Positions 25,988 through 39,900 of a stretch of 64,000 nucleotides of DNA are shown here, in pieces (position 1 is the stretch's first letter; each line of letters begins with the position of its first letter). The notes beneath the pieces are model-generated. The model had not been told where the DNA came from, did no database searches, and worked only from the letters and a program-made list of their open reading frames with translations. A program made the position numbers and the translations under genes. The stretch spans positions 1,098,804 through 1,162,803 of the forward strand of contig BFEA01000037.1 in assembly GCA_003427395.1 (NCBI GenBank), given 5' to 3'. Source of the stretch: Chara braunii (Eukaryota; Plantae; Charophyceae).

Positions 25988-26849
25988 ATTGTGTTGTTCC
26001 GTTCATGTCTTTATAAAGGGTTTCGTATTCGTTTCTTACACAGCTTGTTTAATGGAATATTTGTTTCTCAGCTGTCCTTGGAAATTTGAAAAGTTCACCC
26101 TTTTTCCTTTTCCTCTGTGATTTGTAATTATGTTAATATTTCAATTATATTTGTTTATTTTGCCTCCCTCCTCCAGCAGATGGCATCTGTGACCAGGCTG
26201 TGGATTTGAACTGGATCGCTGCCGAAGGGCCCAACAGACCGGCCCTCCGTAATTGCTGTATATTGGATAGGTGTAAACAGTACTAAACACCAGTTTCTGG
26301 TCCCTATGGCGGGGTTAGCAGGTTGCCCCTGTAAACTCCTGCATATTCTTTTTTTCTCTTTTAGAGGCAGGATACTAGAAAGATGTTGTAGAGGTGGGAT
26401 ACTAGAAAGATGACAGTCGCCCACAGTACTCGGCCACTCGGTTGTCCAGATGGACCCCTCGGAAGACCCCACCCACCCTTCCTCTCATCTTTTTGCCCTG
26501 GTGCACCCCCACCCCCCCTGTCCTACCCTAGTGTTAACCACCCAGGACCGTCACCCATCACCATCTTGGCGGGGTGACCTGACCAGACGGCGGTTACAGG
26601 CACCCGGGCTAAGCAGAGACCACTACCTCTGCTCAGCCCCGGTTGAAGCAGATGTCGTGCAAGCCCGATTGCACGTGGGCATCAGGAGCTAGGTATGAAC
26701 ATGCTACTACAGGTCTTCATGAGGTTGCACAGTGACTCCCAGATAGCCTAATTGATAGTCTAGCAGTTAGGGGGATTGATACCCCTAGTTGATAGGTAAG
26801 TTGATGTCCAGCTCCTGCCTATTGTCATTTATCTAATTTTAGGTGCTTT

Positions 26850-27468
26850 TGAAAGGCATTTCACGCTGCAGATCCCAACTTCGAATCTCAGGGCTAAGAG
26901 TCCCCAAGTCAAAAAAGGCCAGGTCGGCCAGATTCAGAAAGGTTGAGTCGGGTACCCCAGAGGTCAAGTCCCACAGTTTCGGTACCCAGTCAAAAATCAC
27001 GTGCTACAGTCAAGAGTCACATCCCAAAGGCAAGGGTCACGTACCACAGTCAAAGGTCACCTCCCACAGACCAAAAGCAGCAGCACACCAAGGGAAACTC
27101 TGGGAGGTACCGGGCCTCAGAATTCCGAAAGCAAACAGGCTGCGGCAGCCGGTACCGAGTCCAAGTCAAGGCAAGAGAAGCAGAGGCTGGGACGAGTCAA
27201 GGCCCAGTCCAAGTCAATATAGGGACTGGCCAGCCACATTTAAGACAGACGAGAAGTGTGGAAGTGCTGCTGAGAGCTTGTGCGCTATTTGCGAGTTGGC
27301 ATGCACTAGAGCTCTGGCTGGGCAGTGCTGCACTGCTGAAGGAAGGCGGCCATAGCCCCACAGCATAGTAGTAGGAGTGAGCTGAGTAGCAGGCAGACGT
27401 AACCAGAGTTGAGATCTTCATGTAGAGAGAGAGTGAGGGAGAGGGAGAGAGAGAGAGCGTGGACACAT

Positions 27469-27544
<76 letters not shown>

Positions 27545-27747
27545 AGTGAGACAGAGAGAGAGGAAGTCACCTACTTCGATGAGGATGCTGGATACGGGTT
27601 GCTGAACTCTGCGCTGATGAGCGCTCATGAGCGCTGGTGACTAGAACTCCGAAACTGTTTAACGTGATAATTTGTTGGAATTCCTAAGCTGTGCTAATTT
27701 GGACTTCGCATCTCTGGTCTCCAGTGTGGATTTCGTGTGATCTCTCT
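26850..27747 (+). repeat. 5' LTR, 3' end and PBS deleted; contains (GA)n
   Basis: Colinear with 40358-41235, then jumps directly into UTR sequence. Confidence 0.85.
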
Positions 27748-28464
27748 GGCAAGATTAAGGTTGGCGAGAAGAGACCTGGAGTTTGACATTGGGTTGAAGG
27801 CCGAATGAGACGTGGCCGATAGTGGGGGATGTTGAGAACGTACCTGCGTGCGTGGAGCGACCTCGTTGAGCGTCAACAAAGGAACGTTTACCAGTGAACT
27901 GCATCGCGCCCATAAGCCTTGCATTTGCTTTAAGGGATGGTTAAGTGTCCTGAGTACCTTCCCACATCTTGGTGTCGCTGCTGCTGACGAAACACCTGGT
28001 GACATATCTGATTTTGTCTCGAGTCAGCATGTGGTCAAACACGTATGAAGTAGGTCGAGTTTAGGCTAAAAGCTCGGCAGCTAGATGACTCACCCATAAC
28101 TAGGAAGCATGGGGATGAGCGGTGAGCGCTCGTAAAACAACTCGTCTAGCCCTAAGACCGGTACAGACCGGCATGCGACCGAACTGGAGTTGGTGCATAG
28201 GGAACTATAAGTGTTGACAGTGAACCCTCAGATACTGGTGGGCACGATGCCTTGTCTGCATTGTTAAAGAATTCCTGAGGTCCTTGCTGGCTAACCTTAA
28301 ACTGCTGGTTGCCCACCAGCCTGATAGGGGAGCTGTAGTGCCATTATGGGGGGGGGAGAACGAATTCAGGTCAGACTCCAATCTAGATTAAGTTAGATTA
28401 AGTGTTGAGGGCTACGTCTACAAGGTGAGGAGGCGGAGACTACCTACCTGTGCTTCCAATCACC

Positions 28465-30900
28465 ATGGATGACTACCCAATATTTGCAATCTTGACCAGT
28501 CTGTGCTATGGGGTCCACTCCTCCGCTTCCTTTTTCCTCTGGGTTTCCATCGGACATGCGGTAGGAGTGTAACCATCAGGTCTGGTGGGACCACATAACC
28601 ATACCCAGCAGACCAACCGGCCGGAATTGATAGGAAGTTAGCTGAGAAAAAAGAAGAAAAAAAAAAAAAGGAAGAGGAAGGAGGAGGAAGTGAAAGAAAA
28701 ATTGGAGCAAGAAAGAAAGAACAACCTTAGACATAGAAGCAAGAAAGACGATGAAATAAAAAGAGAGTCTGCTAGATACATCACTTTCATCAAACAGCCA
28801 CAAAGTTGGCTGAAGAGGCAGATCAGGAAACAAAAAAATGTAGTATAATGAATCAGGTTCTCTTATTGACTGAAGGGTCGGGGTTGGAGCAAGGAAGGTA
28901 TTTTGGCCTACATAATTTGGGGGTTACTCATAGGTGGTGAGACACCTACCTTCGGTTGTCATGTAGGTATTCAGCTTCGGCTGTGTGGTCATAAATCCCC
29001 CCCCTCTAAAAAAGGTGGTTTTTAGTCCTCCCAGTCTTCCAAGTCAAATGTCAGTTCTATTGAACAATTTCAAATGTTAGGAGTTGGGAAGAAAGGATGA
29101 AGAAATATGGAAGAAGAAGAGGAGGAAGGAGTGGAAAGGAGAAGAACCAGACGAGAAGGGGACGAGGTGGCAGAGAGCAGTCGTGCCGGAGAAATAAGGC
29201 TTCAACGGGTTCAAGACAGATTGGGTGGAAAAATTCGGGTTCCGCATAGAGATGCCAGAAGAGACAAAGCAAGAGAAAAATACGTTTACAATTAAAATGG
29301 CATCTACTGATGATGATGAGGAGAGGGTTTTGTTGCTAGTGGAAAGGAGGAGCACCCTTGATCAGCGTTTGCTTTATCAAAAACGAAAAGAATATGATGA
29401 GAAGAAAAAATTGAGGGAAGAAGGAGAAAAGCTTCAGGCTTTGCCGAGAGAACAAAAAGGCAAGGAAGTAGATGTCAAAGAGAGCCTCGTCATTGACATG
29501 CTGTTGCACACCACCCAGGAACTCATTGCGTTGCAGAAATCCGCTGGGAAGCTTGAAAGACATCAAGAGGAATTTCAAGGAACATGGAATAATTTCCTCA
29601 GTGCTTCTTCCCACATGATTGAGTGGATCCTTGACTACGTCCATCAGTTAGGCGGACACGTCACCCAAAAATTAACTAACACCATCGCGTATGTAGCCTT
29701 AGGAGGTGGTGGAGGTGGAGGTGATGGTGGAGATGATGGTGAAGGTGATAAGAAAAGAAAGGGTCCAAGGAAGGAAAATGGAAAGAGAGGTGAAGGAGAT
29801 AAGTCTGAGGGAGGAGAACGCAAGGAGAAGATGAAGGTAAAGGTTCGTTGGACGTATACAGGGAAGACGGAAGAGAGTATCTCCCACTGGGAGGCAATGA
29901 TGGATAAACGCACAGTTGATTCTGTACTGGGACCGCGTACTCGTGGCAAGTTCATGCCTAGGGGGAGACACAGCTAGCTTCGCCATTTCATTAGTAAAAG
30001 AGGAAGGTTGCATCTCGATGGTATTCACAGCGAACTGGGATTGAGGACTTTTTCAAGGCCATGAAAGATCGTTTTGAGGACAAGAACTTAGCACGTCGTA
30101 TGGACAAGATGCTACAATGTCCTGATCATGGATTGACCCCTGCCCAAATATTGAATAACTTTGCCAGAACCCTTTTTTTTTTTTTAGGAAACAAAAGGAA
30201 AAAAAAACTGGATATCCTCATATCACATCATGCCGTGTCTAACCCCTTAAGAAGTTAAGACCTAATTATATCCCCGTACTAAGAAAGAGGGGATGGCATA
30301 TGGGAAATTCAGCAAGATAGTTGTAGACCATGTCGGGTTCGTACAGGAGGCAAAATATTGCCTTATTGGAAGGACTTGCAGGCCGGTAAGAGATGGAAGA
30401 ATATAACTATATCAGGTGTTATAGAAGGAAAGGATAATATGTGGGTCACCTTTGAGGAAGGAGGTGTGGAGTCATTATCATTTGACCAGATAAACTACAG
30501 TTTAGAGGAAGATAGCAACAACCAAGTAGCTCGAGGAGGGGACTATGTGACAATTGCAGCCCGTGGGGGAGGGCGACAAGGTAGAGGCCGAGGTAAAGAA
30601 GGTCGTGGTCGAGGTGGAGGTCGAGGACCCGCTGCTCATGGGGATGGTGGCGAAGGAAGCTATTGTGTGGGAGGTAGGCGTAATGGTCCCTCGCAAGGTG
30701 GTCGAGGTTCTCCCTTCACAAGGGGTAGAGGTAGGAGTTGGCGACCACACCCAGCACACCCGGAAATAGTTGAGGGAAAATCTTGGGAACAAATGGATGT
30801 AGATGAAAAAGTCTGGGAAGCATGACGTCAGGCCAATTAATGCTTTAGGTGGGTGACCCCGATCACATCGTTCCCTTCTGTCCCGAAAATGGGACATCCA
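28465..30900 (+). pseudogene. gag: Gag (family A), degenerate, with small insertions (~28820-29080, ~30173-30250)
   Basis: ORFs 29225 and 30358 closely parallel 10802-12500 (FRIEMPEET, KMKVKVRWTYTG, YWKDLQAGKRWK). Confidence 0.9.
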
Positions 30901-31466
30901 ATAGAGGTTGAAAGTTGCCTGTGCGGGGACTTCAGACTGAGATCGAAACATAGAAGCGTGCGTTGAATAGGCACCCTTCTGTTTCGAGGTCCCAATGGCA
31001 GAGACTGATGTAGGCCCCCACCTTTCTCGTTGTTCAGAGGTTGCTTGTGTTGGGACCACTCTCCCTCACAAGCATTGGTGATGAGTTGATCACTCGTCGT
31101 CGCGCTTGGGCCGAAATGACAAAGAAGTCGAAGGGGCATGTGTAATCCCCCTTACGTCATACGGGAGGTGTCTGTACGTCCCATCTGAACGGACGAACAA
31201 ACGGGCTTACGGTCGTACGACCGTGTCCCGACCGAACGTGCCAGGGCCTGGGGGGGGGGGGTTGACCCTCTGAGGAGGTACGGGGGGTGGCAAGGACCCC
31301 CCCAATATTTTTTGAAAAACATTTTGATTTTTTTTTGTGAAAAAAAAGAAAAAAAGATTGACTATTGATTGATTGATGTGTGAGTGTGTGCACGCGGGGG
31401 GGAGGCAACCTCCCCGCAACCAACCAATCAATTAAGGAAAAGAAAAAACATGGGCATTTGCCTCGC

Positions 31467-31501
<35 letters not shown>

Positions 31502-31710
31502 CGCGAGGGGGAGTGTGTGTGTGTGTGTTTGTGTTCGCGAGGGGGAGGCGAACCCCCCACAGCAAATCAATTAATCAATCAATCAATTTAAAAAAAAAAA
31601 NNNNNNNNNNNNNNNAAAAAGGAACGGTATTCGCCCCCTGTGCGTGTGTGTGTGTGTATGTGTGTGTATTCACGGGGGGAAGGCGACTCCCGCGCAACAA
31701 ATCAATCAAG

Positions 31711-31741
<31 letters not shown>

Positions 31742-31945
31742 GCAATCAAGCAATCAAGCAATCAATCAATGCAAAAAAACAAAAAAGGAAGGCGACCCCC
31801 CACAACCAATCAATCAATCGAGAAAAAAAACAAAAAGAACGTAATAGTGTCGCGCGTGGGTGTGGGTGTGGGTGTGCATGCAGATGGGATGCACCCCCCC
31901 CGCAACCAACCAACCAATCAATCAATCAATCTTTCTTTTTTGTAG

Positions 31946-31981
<36 letters not shown>

Positions 31982-32234
31982 TTTTTGTACGATCAATCAA
32001 TCAATCAACCAACCAATCAATCAATGAATCAATCAATTAATCAATCAACCAACCAATCAATCAATCAATCAATTAATCAACCAATCGATCAATCAATCAT
32101 CTTCTTTTCTTTTTTTTAAACCACTAGTGCCTTTGTCGTCCAGTTTCGACAAGTTTTGGTCCGCCTTCGAACTCTCAAAAGGTCGGGCCCGACAACGGCT
32201 GTTGTTGATGATCTCATCGGCGACCGTCGCTTCG

Positions 32235-33070
32235 CAGGGTGATCTAAAAATTGTCTACCCATACCCAGCCACACCCAGGCTAAAATTCCCTTCACCCGCA
32301 TCCAGCCGCACCTGAACCTAGTATCCATCCACCCGTGCCCAGCCGTACTTGTTCCCAAAATTTTCCACCCAGGCTTAGTCTTCCCTTTTATCGTTATTTC
32401 AAACTTAGGCCTTGCATGTCGGATTCCTTAGCTTCCATCCACAAATTTTCGCTTCAAATTTTGGGGCCGACAATGGGCGTGTGGCTCGGGATACTCACAT
32501 TGATACTTTCTTGTCTAGATTTGGCGGCAACTATAGCCAGATTTTGATGGATCTGACCGCAATTATGACCAAAGCCTATTAGTGAATGATGTATTCCCTA
32601 CGATGAAACGATTGGGGCCAGGCCAAATTAATAGTACGGTCTGGCACTAGTACTACCTCGGCCCTAAGACAAATAACGGACAGCCAGAGACAAATTTATA
32701 CTAGGGGCGCGCCCCTCTAGTACCACTATTTCCCAGTGAAGAAAAAGGGTCATCCCTGACCCTAATACTACCTAGGCTGGCCAAATATGCCTAGTATGCC
32801 TACAGGCCTACAGTCACCCACGCGGAACCTCTACCCAGCCGTACCCGGAACCAAGGCAAACCTTTGCCCGACCGTAACCTTCCAGGCACTATGTCAACAC
32901 CCGGCCCCACTCACCCTACAGTTTTTTGCCTCGACCATATCCCCCCCTCAGATTTCCAGACCCAACTGCCCCGGTGCATACTAATCATGCCATACCCGCA
33001 CCCGTCCAGAATTGTCGGGTACGGCTGGGTACGGTCGGGTCGGGTCACGGCCACCCAATGTTAACCTGTG
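32235..33070 (-). mobile_element. hAT-like non-autonomous element (hybrid ends) with subterminal ACCCG/TACCC motifs
   Basis: Ends CAGGGTG... and ...CCTGTG; subterminal motifs shared with 36262-37680; flank ATAACTGC is the reverse complement of GCAGTTAT at 33685. Confidence 0.65.
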
Positions 33071-33155
33071 ATAACTGCGTGTTGACCCACTTTCCAACAA
33101 TGTGCCTATCCTTTTTCTACTTACTTTTATGTCTATTATTCTTAGCTGCCCCTTC
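33071..33155 (-). pseudogene. Inverted N-terminal fragment of the family A protease
   Basis: Minus strand encodes KGQLRIIDIKVSRKRIGTLLESGSTRSY; the continuation SYIS*KGLQK is on the plus strand from ~33687. Confidence 0.85.
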
Positions 33156-33479
33156 CAGTGTTGTCCCCATGTACGGAAACGGGCGATGCAGATTTTCGAA
33201 CCATCGTCCGTATGTCCCATATGTACGGACTTTTACCCCTCCGTACGTGGCCGTTGCGGGGGGGTACAAGGAAATGCGGGGCTGGGGAGGGTGTGGGCGT
33301 CNNNNNNNNNNNNNNNNNNNNNNNNNNNNNNNNNNNNNNNNNNNNNNNNNNNNNNNNNNNNNNNNNNNNNNNNNNNNNNNNNNNNNNNNNNNNNNNNNNN
33401 NNNNNNNNNNNNNNNNNNNNNNNNNNNNNNNNNNNNNNNNNNNNNNNNNNNNNNNNNNNNNNNNNNNNNNNNNNNNNNN

Positions 33480-33684
33480 TTTTTTGTATCGGGATGTTAA
33501 ACCACGAGTACCTTTGTCGGTTCGAAAATACTGGGCCTCCGACCTTTCAGGAGTTTAAATTAGCGTGGGTGGGTTGGGTCTGGGTAAAAATAATAGTGTT
33601 TACATGGGTCCGGCTAGATATGATACATCAAGGCTTGAGCTGGGTCGGATATGGGTAGGAAAAAAAATGGTTTTGCGACCTCTG
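33480..33684 (+). mobile_element. Right end of a hAT-like element
   Basis: ...TTGCGACCTCTG terminus resembles ...TTGCGAACTCTG at 37680; followed by GCAGTTAT. Confidence 0.7.
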
Positions 33685-33871
33685 GCAGTTATATTAGCTG
33701 AAAAGGGTTGCAGAAAATGCATCGAGGTATGAAGGTGAAGAAGTTAGAGGAGCCAGTCATTAGTACATTGACGGACAAGGCATACTTCCGGTTGGAGGCA
33801 TGGGGAAAGGTAGAGAAAGTTCTGTACTACCTGACGCTCTTAGTGGAGGACAACCTTCCTTTTGACATGGC

Positions 33872-35685
33872 TTTTTTTTTTTTTTAAAACAACCCCTTCC
33901 AATGCTAGAGGTGTTGGTAAGAGAAAACACCACTAGCACCGGGGGAGAGGCTCCATCTACTGGTGGGGATCATCACCTGCTGGAAAGCTGGTCCAGCGTC
34001 CCATATACAGAGTGAAAATACAGACTGAAGTAGAGAAAACCCTGCCAGCATTGATTGCTCTGGGGTCCAGAGGATTAACTGAGCAGGTTGTATCGAGACA
34101 GGAACCTCTTCGCCCCATGCCAGGCGCCAGATATCTGCTGCTACAAACTGGTTCCTTCCTCCAAATGAGAATGTGAAAAAGGATGGAGGGGAGCTGGGAA
34201 TGCCTGGTGCTGGCGCCCCTGCATATAACCTGTTGCAGTCCTGCTTACTCCGCTCCATACCATTGCATGTCCACCTCAGTCAGCTGATGGGGTGGAAAGG
34301 GATCGGGAAAACTCGATGGTGGCCGTAACGGAACCTCTTGGCCCACCGTTGTCCAATCTCTGAAACAGATCTGATAGTCTTTTTTGATTGGCTCCCGGTT
34401 GCCGTCCTGGTTGCCTTCTTCGCCTTCCTAAGCTTGGCCGTCATCCCACTTGATGGAAGTGATGCGGGCTCCGTTCTCACCGCCCAGTCAGTCCCCCGAG
34501 AATTGTCGAATTTTTTGTTCTATATCTTTCTTTGTTTGCCATAGATCCAGCTGACTTTTGACCTTCTGCCATTGCGTCATAAGTTCTTGGTGTATGAATT
34601 GCTTAATCATATTTGTCATTTCCTCCCCGGCTATGCGGACTCCCTCCATGACATGTATACAGCGTCTCCTCCAGATCGCCCACATAACAGCTCTCCTCCC
34701 TATTTTAAACATGTTATCTTCAAAGGTACTAGATGTAGGGGAGGTCCATGTCTCGCACAGTATCGCCCTCCAGTCCCATGGCCAGGTCGTTCCGGTGTCC
34801 AGCAGGCTACAGAGTTTGTCCCACCATCGCCATGTACGAACAGACCCCGGGCATTGCAAGAAAATGTGTTTTATGGTTTCCGGGAGGGGAACGCCGTATG
34901 ACACGATTTGCACCACGGGAGTGCCAGTCCTTTTTGTTCCAGGTAAGTGCGATTTATTAGCCAGTCACTAGTGGGGAGGCATCGGTGCTCTATCTGCCAC
35001 TGCAGTGAGGCTAGCTTTGCAGGTTTGGCCCTTATGAGGGAGAACCACCGAATGGGGCGATGGCATCGATCCCAACATTCAAATGGGATCTCCAACGGGT
35101 TTTTACAATATCTTTCATATTTACCTTAGGGCGCAGTAAACGATAGGTGGCCTTCACTGTCAGGCTGTAGAGCTTCACGTTCTGTGTCCTCGGGGTTCTG
35201 CGCGGGGGGGGTCACTGCCACTCCTCCGGGTCAAAGGGGAGGTCCGTAATGCAGGTCCCCGACTGGTATACTGTGCAGTCCTCCTTATCACGTAGCACCC
35301 GGATCCTGTACAGATCAGTGTTCCGGCACCATCTCATTACGTCCGGGGCATATTTGGTTAGTTTATTGTCATTTTCTTTGTGAAAGAGATTGATCAGCGT
35401 TTCGTTCGTGTGTGTTGTTACAACATTTCCTACACTCTCTGGATCTCCGGGGGCCGTTACCCAGTCCCCTTCCGCCAACTTCAATCCCTTTTGCAGGATG
35501 CGCACCCAATCTAGGGGAATCGCGAAGATCGGACTTTCCAGGTTGTTTTCTATATTATGACAATGCTTCAGCAACGTCCTCATCTGTGACTCTGTCTTCT
35601 AGCCCTTGTTTTCTGAGTCCCAGATGTCTTTAACTTTGGTTATGCCCCTTTTGACCCAGCTGTTCCACGGGGAGTCGGAGCTGCG
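33872..35685 (-). mobile_element. 5'-truncated L1/Tx1-like LINE with poly(A) tail
   Basis: Poly(T) at 33872-33885; minus ORFs LQWQIEHRCLPTSDW...WCKSC, ETIKHIFLQCP, AIWRRRC; interrupts the Gypsy protease region. Confidence 0.9.
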
Positions 35686-36861
35686 GTTAGGAACGGATTG
35701 GGCAATGTTGCGTATGCTGATATTAAGCCCAGTTCCACGGGGGTGGAAAACAATTTGCGTTTGTATTATGCATCAAGCGTAAAGAATAACTTGTCCCTTT
35801 CCTGTATGAGGGTCCCTAGGCTCGCCAGGTACGTGGTAAAAAATGACCCCACTGAGCAAGTGCTCATTGCCGATGTGAGAGCGGTTAGCGAGCGTAAAAA
35901 GGAAGAAGTGCCAATACCACCCAATGTGCAGAGCCTGTTAGACGAGTTTGTTGACGTGGGAGAGACCCCAAGTGGAGTAGCTGAAAGGAAAACGAAGCAC
36001 CAAATAGGTATAGAACCCGGTAGCAGGATTCCCAAGGGCCTCATCGACCGGATATCTCCCAAGGAGCTTGATGAGTTGCGCAAACAATTAGAGCAACTAA
36101 TAGAGAAAATGTGGATTAAGCCAAGTTCCTCGTTGTATGGCGCACCAGACTTGTTTGTGTCAAAGAAAGAGGGTGATGTACGCATGTGTATAAATTATAG
36201 GGGTCTCAACGCAATTACAATAAAGAATGTTGAGTCATTACCATTGGTAGATGACGTGGACCAGAGAGTGCAAACGGGTAACCGTTACCCGTACCCGGCC
36301 GTACCCGACTGTAACCGCCAGGTTACGGGTGGGTATGGGTACCCCTTCGGAAGGGGGAGGTGGGTATGGGCAGGCACAAACAAAAGGTGGTGGTTGTTAG
36401 GGCGGGCACAGTTGCCCCTTTTGGAGATCATGGGTGGGTATGGGCAGGCACAANATCATGGGTGGGTATGGGCAGGCACAAACAAAAGGTGGTGGTTGTT
36501 AGGGCGGGCACAGTTGCCCCTTTTGGAGATCATGGGTGGGTATGGGCAGTATGGGTGGCCAGAAAAACAATAGACGGGTATGGGCAGGTACGGGTGGGCA
36601 AAAAAAAATGGGGGTGGGTACGGGCGGGTAGAGGTTTCGATCGGGAAACCGTGCTATACCCGATGTGAGTCTTGTAGTTTTGCAGGCTTTGTATTTTTGC
36701 TCAAGCATGACACTTTTCTCATATTCCAAATTTCTCGCTTTCTCATGACGCAAATGTTTTTTTTCGCAAGGGTGAATTTTATATCTCTTCATTTGTTAAT
36801 TTTTTGTTTTTCAAATTTTCAGACTATTTTCATATGTGTGTAACCCTCTGTATGTAATATT

Positions 36862-36905
<44 letters not shown>

Positions 36906-39900
36906 CGTGTATGTGTGTGCGACAGACTGAGGGCTCTGGTATTTGCAGATGCTATACAGGTTGCATAGGCCGTGTAGCACCAAATGCATCCATAGCAGCA
37001 TCATAATGACGATATGTAACAAATGTTGTTTTTGGGGCAAAAGCTGTAACAGCTGCCACATCTTGAAAAAAATAAAATAAGACAATAATATTAATAATGA
37101 TAAAAATTACCACGGCAATCCTGTGACATCTAGGGGGTTGGGAATAGTTGGGGGCGGTTAAGGACAATTAGGGGCGGTTAGGGGCGGTAAAAAAAAAAAA
37201 AAAAAGGTTAGGGCTGGTTAGGGACAGTTAGGGACAGTTAGGGACAGTTAGGGGTGGTTAGGGACAGTTAGGGGCAGTTAAGGACAGTTAGGGGCGGTTA
37301 TGGGCGGTTAAGGACGGTTAGGGGAGGGTGGACGACGAGCACGGGTGGTTACGGGTGGGTGCATACGCTTATGGGTAGGTACGGGTGGGTACAGATAAAG
37401 AAAACTTGGGTAGGGTAGGGTATGGGTGGTTAACAAACCGTTTGGGTTCGGGTGGCCATGGGTGGTTTTGAAAAAAAATATTAATGGGTAGGTATGGTCA
37501 GTTACATGCCGAAGAGGTTCAGGCAAGGTACGTCTGGGTATAGTTTTTTTTTTTTTAGTAGGTGGAGATGGGTAAAGGTCTGGCAGGCTAGGTATACAGT
37601 GGGTATAGGTGGTTAATTTTCAAAGAGGGTGTGGTTAGGTAAGGTACAAGTATTTCTAAAAATCCCAGTTGCGAACTCTGACGTGAACTTGTTTGCGTCA
37701 AAGAAAGAGGGTGATGTACACATGTGTATAAATTATAGGGGTCTCAACGCAATTACAATTAAGAATGTTGAGCCATTACCATTGGTAGATAACGTTCTAG
37801 ATAAAGTGCAGGGTTGTAAATACTTTTCGAAGATTGTCTTGAAATTAGGCTACCATGAGATTGAGGTACTGCCTGAAGATCAGCACAAGACGGCCTTTAG
37901 GGGTCGATATGGCCACTACTAGTTTGTGGTCGTTTGGGTCGACTAATGCCCCTGCTACCCTCCAGCGTTGTATGCATGAACTCTTCCGTGATTGATTAGA
38001 TGCATTCGTAGTTATATACATAAATGACATTTTGATTTTCAGCAAGTTGCTAGAAGAGCACAAACAACACCCTCATTTAGTGATAAGCAAGTTGCGTGAC
38101 GTTGAATTTAGGCTTAACCCAAAGAAGTGTGATTGGGCCAAGCGTTAGGTGTTGTACTTGGGTCATGTGCTGGATGGAGATGGAGTCAAACTGGAGGATG
38201 CTAAGATAGCAACAATCAGATTGACCGACACCGCATACGTTGACGGAATTGCGATCGTTCCTTGGTCTGGCCAACTATTATCGCAAGTTCATACGAAATT
38301 GTATTATAATAGTTGCTTCATTGCGTAGGTTGTTGAGGAAGGAAACAGTATGGAAATGGGATGAGGACTGCATCTCAGGCTTGAAACATCTAAAAAAACG
38401 TTTGATAGAGTACCCGGTTGTCAAGATTGTTGATCCGTCTTTGCCATTTATAGTTACCCCTGACGCCAGTTAATACGAGATTGGTGTTGTACTTCAGCAG
38501 AATGACGGTAATGGATACAAACCCTCGGGTTTATGTCCTGCAGATTGCCTAGTGAGAAGGCCGCCGCTTCCATTTACGAAAAAGAGTTGTTTGCTCTTAG
38601 AGAAACTTTGAATCATTGGCGGCATTACCTCCTAGGACGATATTTCGAAGTACATTCGGACCATGAGGCACTTCGTTGGTTAAAGGCCCAAGCACAAATG
38701 ACACCTAAGTTGATAAGGTGGGTTGGAGAGAAATCAATTTAACTTTGAACTTAAGCCAATAAAGGGGAAGTATAATGTCGTTGCTGATGCGCTAAGCAGA
38801 CGAGCTTATTTCGTTGGTGCCATAGTGGCGTATTTGGATGCTAACACCGAATTACAAAAAATGGTTAGAGCCACTTATGCTCGTGATCCTATATATAGCC
38901 AGCTAACTAACAAGGTACAGACGACACCACATGAAGTTCCAGATTACAGGATGAACCAGGGACTGTTGTTTGAAAAGACGGACGTGTACGATAGATTGTG
39001 CATACCGAACAGTGAGGAGGTTTGCAACCTTATCTTAGGGGAATGCCACGATATTGAGGTACACTTCAGTTGGAGGAAGACATATATTAACCTCTTGCAT
39101 TCTTACATGTGGATTGAATTAAAGTACGATTGCATTGGTTATGCACTAGGCTGCAAAGTGTGTCAGAGGAAAGAGAGTTTCACTTAGCTTCCCCTTGGGT
39201 TACTAAGACCGCTGCCTATACCATTAGGTCTTGGAGATTCCATGTCTATAGACTTCATGGACACTAAGGTTAGAAGTAGAAACGGAAAGAGCCAAGTTAT
39301 GTTGATAGTGGATATATTTAGTGAGTTTGTTGTTTTTGTGTCACTCCACGCTGAAGCTAGAACAAATTTAGTAATTCTGGAGTTCTTCAATCATCAGGTG
39401 AAAGACTATATGGGCATCCCTTGACTATTGTGAGTGACAGGGATATGTGATTTACGGGCGAACACTAGCAGCAACTCGTGTCTAGGGATCCAAACTGACT
39501 ATGTCTTCGGACAGACATCTTGAGACAAACAGACAAACCGAACAAATGAACAAAGTGTTGCAGTAAGTGTTGCCCACGTATGTACGAGCGGATCAGATCG
39601 ACTAGGATGAGCATCTTCCTAAGTTAGCTAGTGCCTACAATACCTTTGTACATCTAGTTACAGCGAGGACGCCCACTGAACTGCATTTGGGTTGGCGCTC
39701 ATGCAGGCCCGTTGGCTGTTTGAACCGTGATCGCGTGCAAGGTCTTCCTCCAAGGACTAGAAAATTTGTTGTGTAGTACGAAAATGATTTTCTCTAAGTA
39801 AGGGAAAATATAAGTAATGTACAACAAATGATCGAACAGGCAAAAAGCACCATAGATCTTCACAGTTTGCTTTAGGAGACATGGTCTAGGCGAAGTCCAA

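Larger units (their letters stand above)
31139..33301. mobile_element. Non-autonomous TIR DNA element rich in (TG)n/(AATC)n/(GTT)n; its right end now lies inverted at 33156-33301
   Basis: Duplicated target GAAGGGGCA at 31130-31138 and reverse-complemented at 33147-33155; ends tgtgtaatcccc / agtgttgtcccc. Confidence 0.7.

Noticed and set aside
27614-27660. CTGATGAG...CGAAAC hammerhead in family A LTRs
   Set aside because: No stems I or III, and the motif is not conserved in the 6181 LTR
36360-36550. ~99-bp exact tandem duplication
   Set aside because: Copies flank a single N, typical of an unmerged contig overlap
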